Below, piece by piece: positions 18,659 to 20,516 of a stretch of 20,516 nucleotides of DNA (position 1 is its first letter; every line of letters starts with the position of its first letter). The stretch comes from Archangium sp. (GTDB lineage Bacteria > Myxococcota > Myxococcia > Myxococcales > Myxococcaceae). The stretch is taken from contig JANLPS010000138.1 in the NCBI GenBank assembly GCA_031367385.1, positions 1 to 20,516 of the forward strand, in the 5' to 3' direction. The position numbers were made by a program, and so were the translations under genes. The notes below the pieces were generated by a model. It worked only from the letters and a program-made list of their open reading frames with translations. It searched no databases and was not told the DNA's origin.

Positions 18659-20185
18659 GACGGGGTGCAGAACGATGAAGCCGCCCGGGTACTCGGTGAA
18701 CGGGCGAAGCTTCTTCCAGTCTTCGAGCCAGCGAGTGAAGTCGGCGCCCTCGTGCGGCCAGGTGTCGAGCAGCGGGTTGACCACCACCGTGATGTCGCTT
18801 GGGTCGATGCAGAGCCCGGTCTCGAACATCGGCATCAGGCGGGCGTCGACTCCCAGGTGGGGGAAGAGAATGTTCTGCGCGCACACGGTGGCGTCATTCG
18901 CGATCGCCGCTTTGACCTGCTCGAACCCGCTCAGCCGCTCGCGGTCGACCGGCACCGCGCGGCCATAGCCTCCCCAGAACAGGGGCAAGGTGAGCAGGCT
19001 GAGCACCACCCCGGTTCGGGCCTTCGGGTGGCGCTGCCAGACCTCGAGCGCGCCGAAGAGCATGAAGGGCACGAGCGGCACCGGGTAATACGCGCTGAAG
19101 TCGTGCATCAGCTCGTAGGTGGCGGCCCCCAGGAGCAGCAGCATGGGCGCCATCGCGAACACCGCCCGAACCGAGCGAAAGGGTACGAAGAGCGCGGGCA
19201 CCGCCAACGTCCACCACCCGGAGGTGAGCACCCTGCGCGCCACGAACAGTGGGTGGCGGAGCATGCCGAGCGCTACGCCGGGCAGCGTGTCGCCGAGCTC
19301 ACTCCAGAAGCCCGTGTAGAGCGGTGGGTGGCCGAGCAGCGCGGGCTGGAGCAGGCGCAGGTAGACGCCGAGCCACAGCAGTGAGGTGACGGCGACGGTG
19401 AGGGCCTCGCGCCACCGGGCCCGCTCGAGGAGTGCGGCCCCGAGCGCGAACGACGCGAGGAACAACGTGGTGTCTTCTTTCGAGAACCACAGGCCGAGCA
19501 TGGCGCCGGCCCAGAGCCAGCGGCGCCTCTCGACCCAGCCGACCAGAAACCAAGCGGTGAGCACCGGTATGAAGCTCTCGATGCGAAAGCCGCTGTTGAG
19601 CAACTTGCCGAACCAGGGGTTCGCGAGCCACGCCACCATCGCGATGAGCTCGAGGCCTCCGTGCGGGTGGCCTCCGTTCGCCCAGCGGGCCAGTCGCCTG
19701 ATGGGGAACAGGCCCGCCCAGATCAAGGTCGCGCCAGCGAGCAGCAAGACCCAGGGCGACTCGATCAGCGCGTGAAGCGGCACCAGCAGCAGCATCAGAA
19801 AGGTCGAGTGCACGCCGAAGTGGTTGACCTCGTAGATGCGCGAGTAGCCGAAGTGGCCCTGGTGGGTGCTGCCGACCTGCCACTCGAAGATGCTGAAATC
19901 GACGCCGTTGATCTCGAAGGCCAGAAAGTGCGTCGCCCCGCAGGTGAGGGCCCAGAGCCAGGCGGCGGTGGCGAACGCGGCGAACGAAGCCCGTGAGAGC
20001 GGCGCGGCCAGTGCTTCGGGCCTTCGGAGCCACCAGAGCGCGGTGAGCACCGCCAGGCCGATGTCGGTGTAGCGAAATGCCGCGTGGTCTCCCACCAGGG
20101 GGCCCCCAACGGCCGCGAGCAGCAACAGGCCCGCACAGGCCCAGGCCGCTCGGGTCGTCACGGGCGCTGCGGGGGGTGACGACAC
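18632..20185 (-). CDS. DUF2079-like polytopic membrane protein (possible GT-C fold glycosyltransferase), ~517 aa
   Basis: Many TM segments; DFSIFEW, NHFGVH, KED and YYPVPLVPF motifs resemble DUF2079. GTG 20185 chosen as start because the longer ORF overlaps the glutaredoxin gene in antisense. Confidence 0.75.
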   Translation of the reverse strand: MSSPPAAPVTTRAAWACAGLLLLAAVGGPLVGDHAAFRYTDIGLAVLTALWWLRRPEALAAPLSRASFAAFATAAWLWALTCGATHFLAFEINGVDFSIFEWQVGSTHQGHFGYSRIYEVNHFGVHSTFLMLLLVPLHALIESPWVLLLAGATLIWAGLFPIRRLARWANGGHPHGGLELIAMVAWLANPWFGKLLNSGFRIESFIPVLTAWFLVGWVERRRWLWAGAMLGLWFSKEDTTLFLASFALGAALLERARWREALTVAVTSLLWLGVYLRLLQPALLGHPPLYTGFWSELGDTLPGVALGMLRHPLFVARRVLTSGWWTLAVPALFVPFRSVRAVFAMAPMLLLLGAATYELMHDFSAYYPVPLVPFMLFGALEVWQRHPKARTGVVLSLLTLPLFWGGYGRAVPVDRERLSGFEQVKAAIANDATVCAQNILFPHLGVDARLMPMFETGLCIDPSDITVVVNPLLDTWPHEGADFTRWLEDWKKLRPFTEYPGGFIVLHPVKTKRPPVP

Positions 20186-20221
20186 GTGCGCGGCACCAGT
20201 CTCGGGGCTACAACTCCGGGC

Positions 20222-20482
20222 ATGAAAAAGGTCACTGTCTACACCACCAACTATTGCCCGTACTGCCGACAGGCCGAGCGCTTTTTGACTGAGAAGGGCG
20301 TCACGTTCCAGAACATCGACGTGACCGACGATGACGAGCTGCGCACCAAGCTGGTCGAGCTCAGCGGGGGCCGAAAAACGGTGCCCCAGATCTTCATCGG
20401 CGATGAGCCCATCGGCGGGTACTCCGACATGATGGACCTGCACCGGGGTGGGTATTTGTTACCCAAGCTCGAGCTTGCCTGA
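20222..20482 (+). CDS. grxC: Dithiol glutaredoxin (Grx3-like, 86 aa)
   Basis: VTVYTTNYCPYC, TVPQIFI, IGGYSD. Confidence 0.92.
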   Translation: MKKVTVYTTNYCPYCRQAERFLTEKGVTFQNIDVTDDDELRTKLVELSGGRKTVPQIFIGDEPIGGYSDMMDLHRGGYLLPKLELA

Positions 20483-20516
20483 CATTCGTCATTGAGTGCG
20501 GGTTTTGGCCCCGCAA

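Noticed and set aside
20186..20443. N-terminal extension of the 603-aa membrane ORF overlapping grxC
   Set aside because: The extension is the antisense read of the glutaredoxin gene; hydrophobic sequence starts only after GTG 20185.
20497..20515. Hairpin TGCGGG-N7-CCCGCA after grxC
   Set aside because: It sits at the window edge, so neither a U-tract nor a repeat context can be seen.

Overview
High-GC bacterial window, most likely from a myxobacterium (inferred from the Cys-rich and DAG-repeat lipoproteins and overall gene style). Left to right it holds: a short repeat cluster; a ~77-Cys lipoprotein directly downstream of a stand-alone rplC (L3, no S10-operon neighbours) that has a structured leader; a six-gene Yip1-TolC-MFP-ABC ATPase-2x MacB-type permease exporter operon on the minus strand; a divergent ClpA-like AAA+ ATPase whose 3' end is duplicated downstream; a Rossmann/DUF2520 oxidoreductase; a perfect 29-bp inverted-repeat element; a frameshifted lipoprotein alpha/beta hydrolase; a probably frameshifted small membrane gene; rpoZ; a translationally coupled pair of uncharacterised genes transcribed divergently from groES-groEL across a region with three CIRCE-type operators; a DUF2079-like membrane protein; and a glutaredoxin. 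The best candidate for an undescribed system is the CIRCE-adjacent gene pair opposite groESL, followed by the orphan rplC/leader/Cys-rich lipoprotein unit bracketed by repeats. All family calls come from motif recognition by eye; no searches were run.
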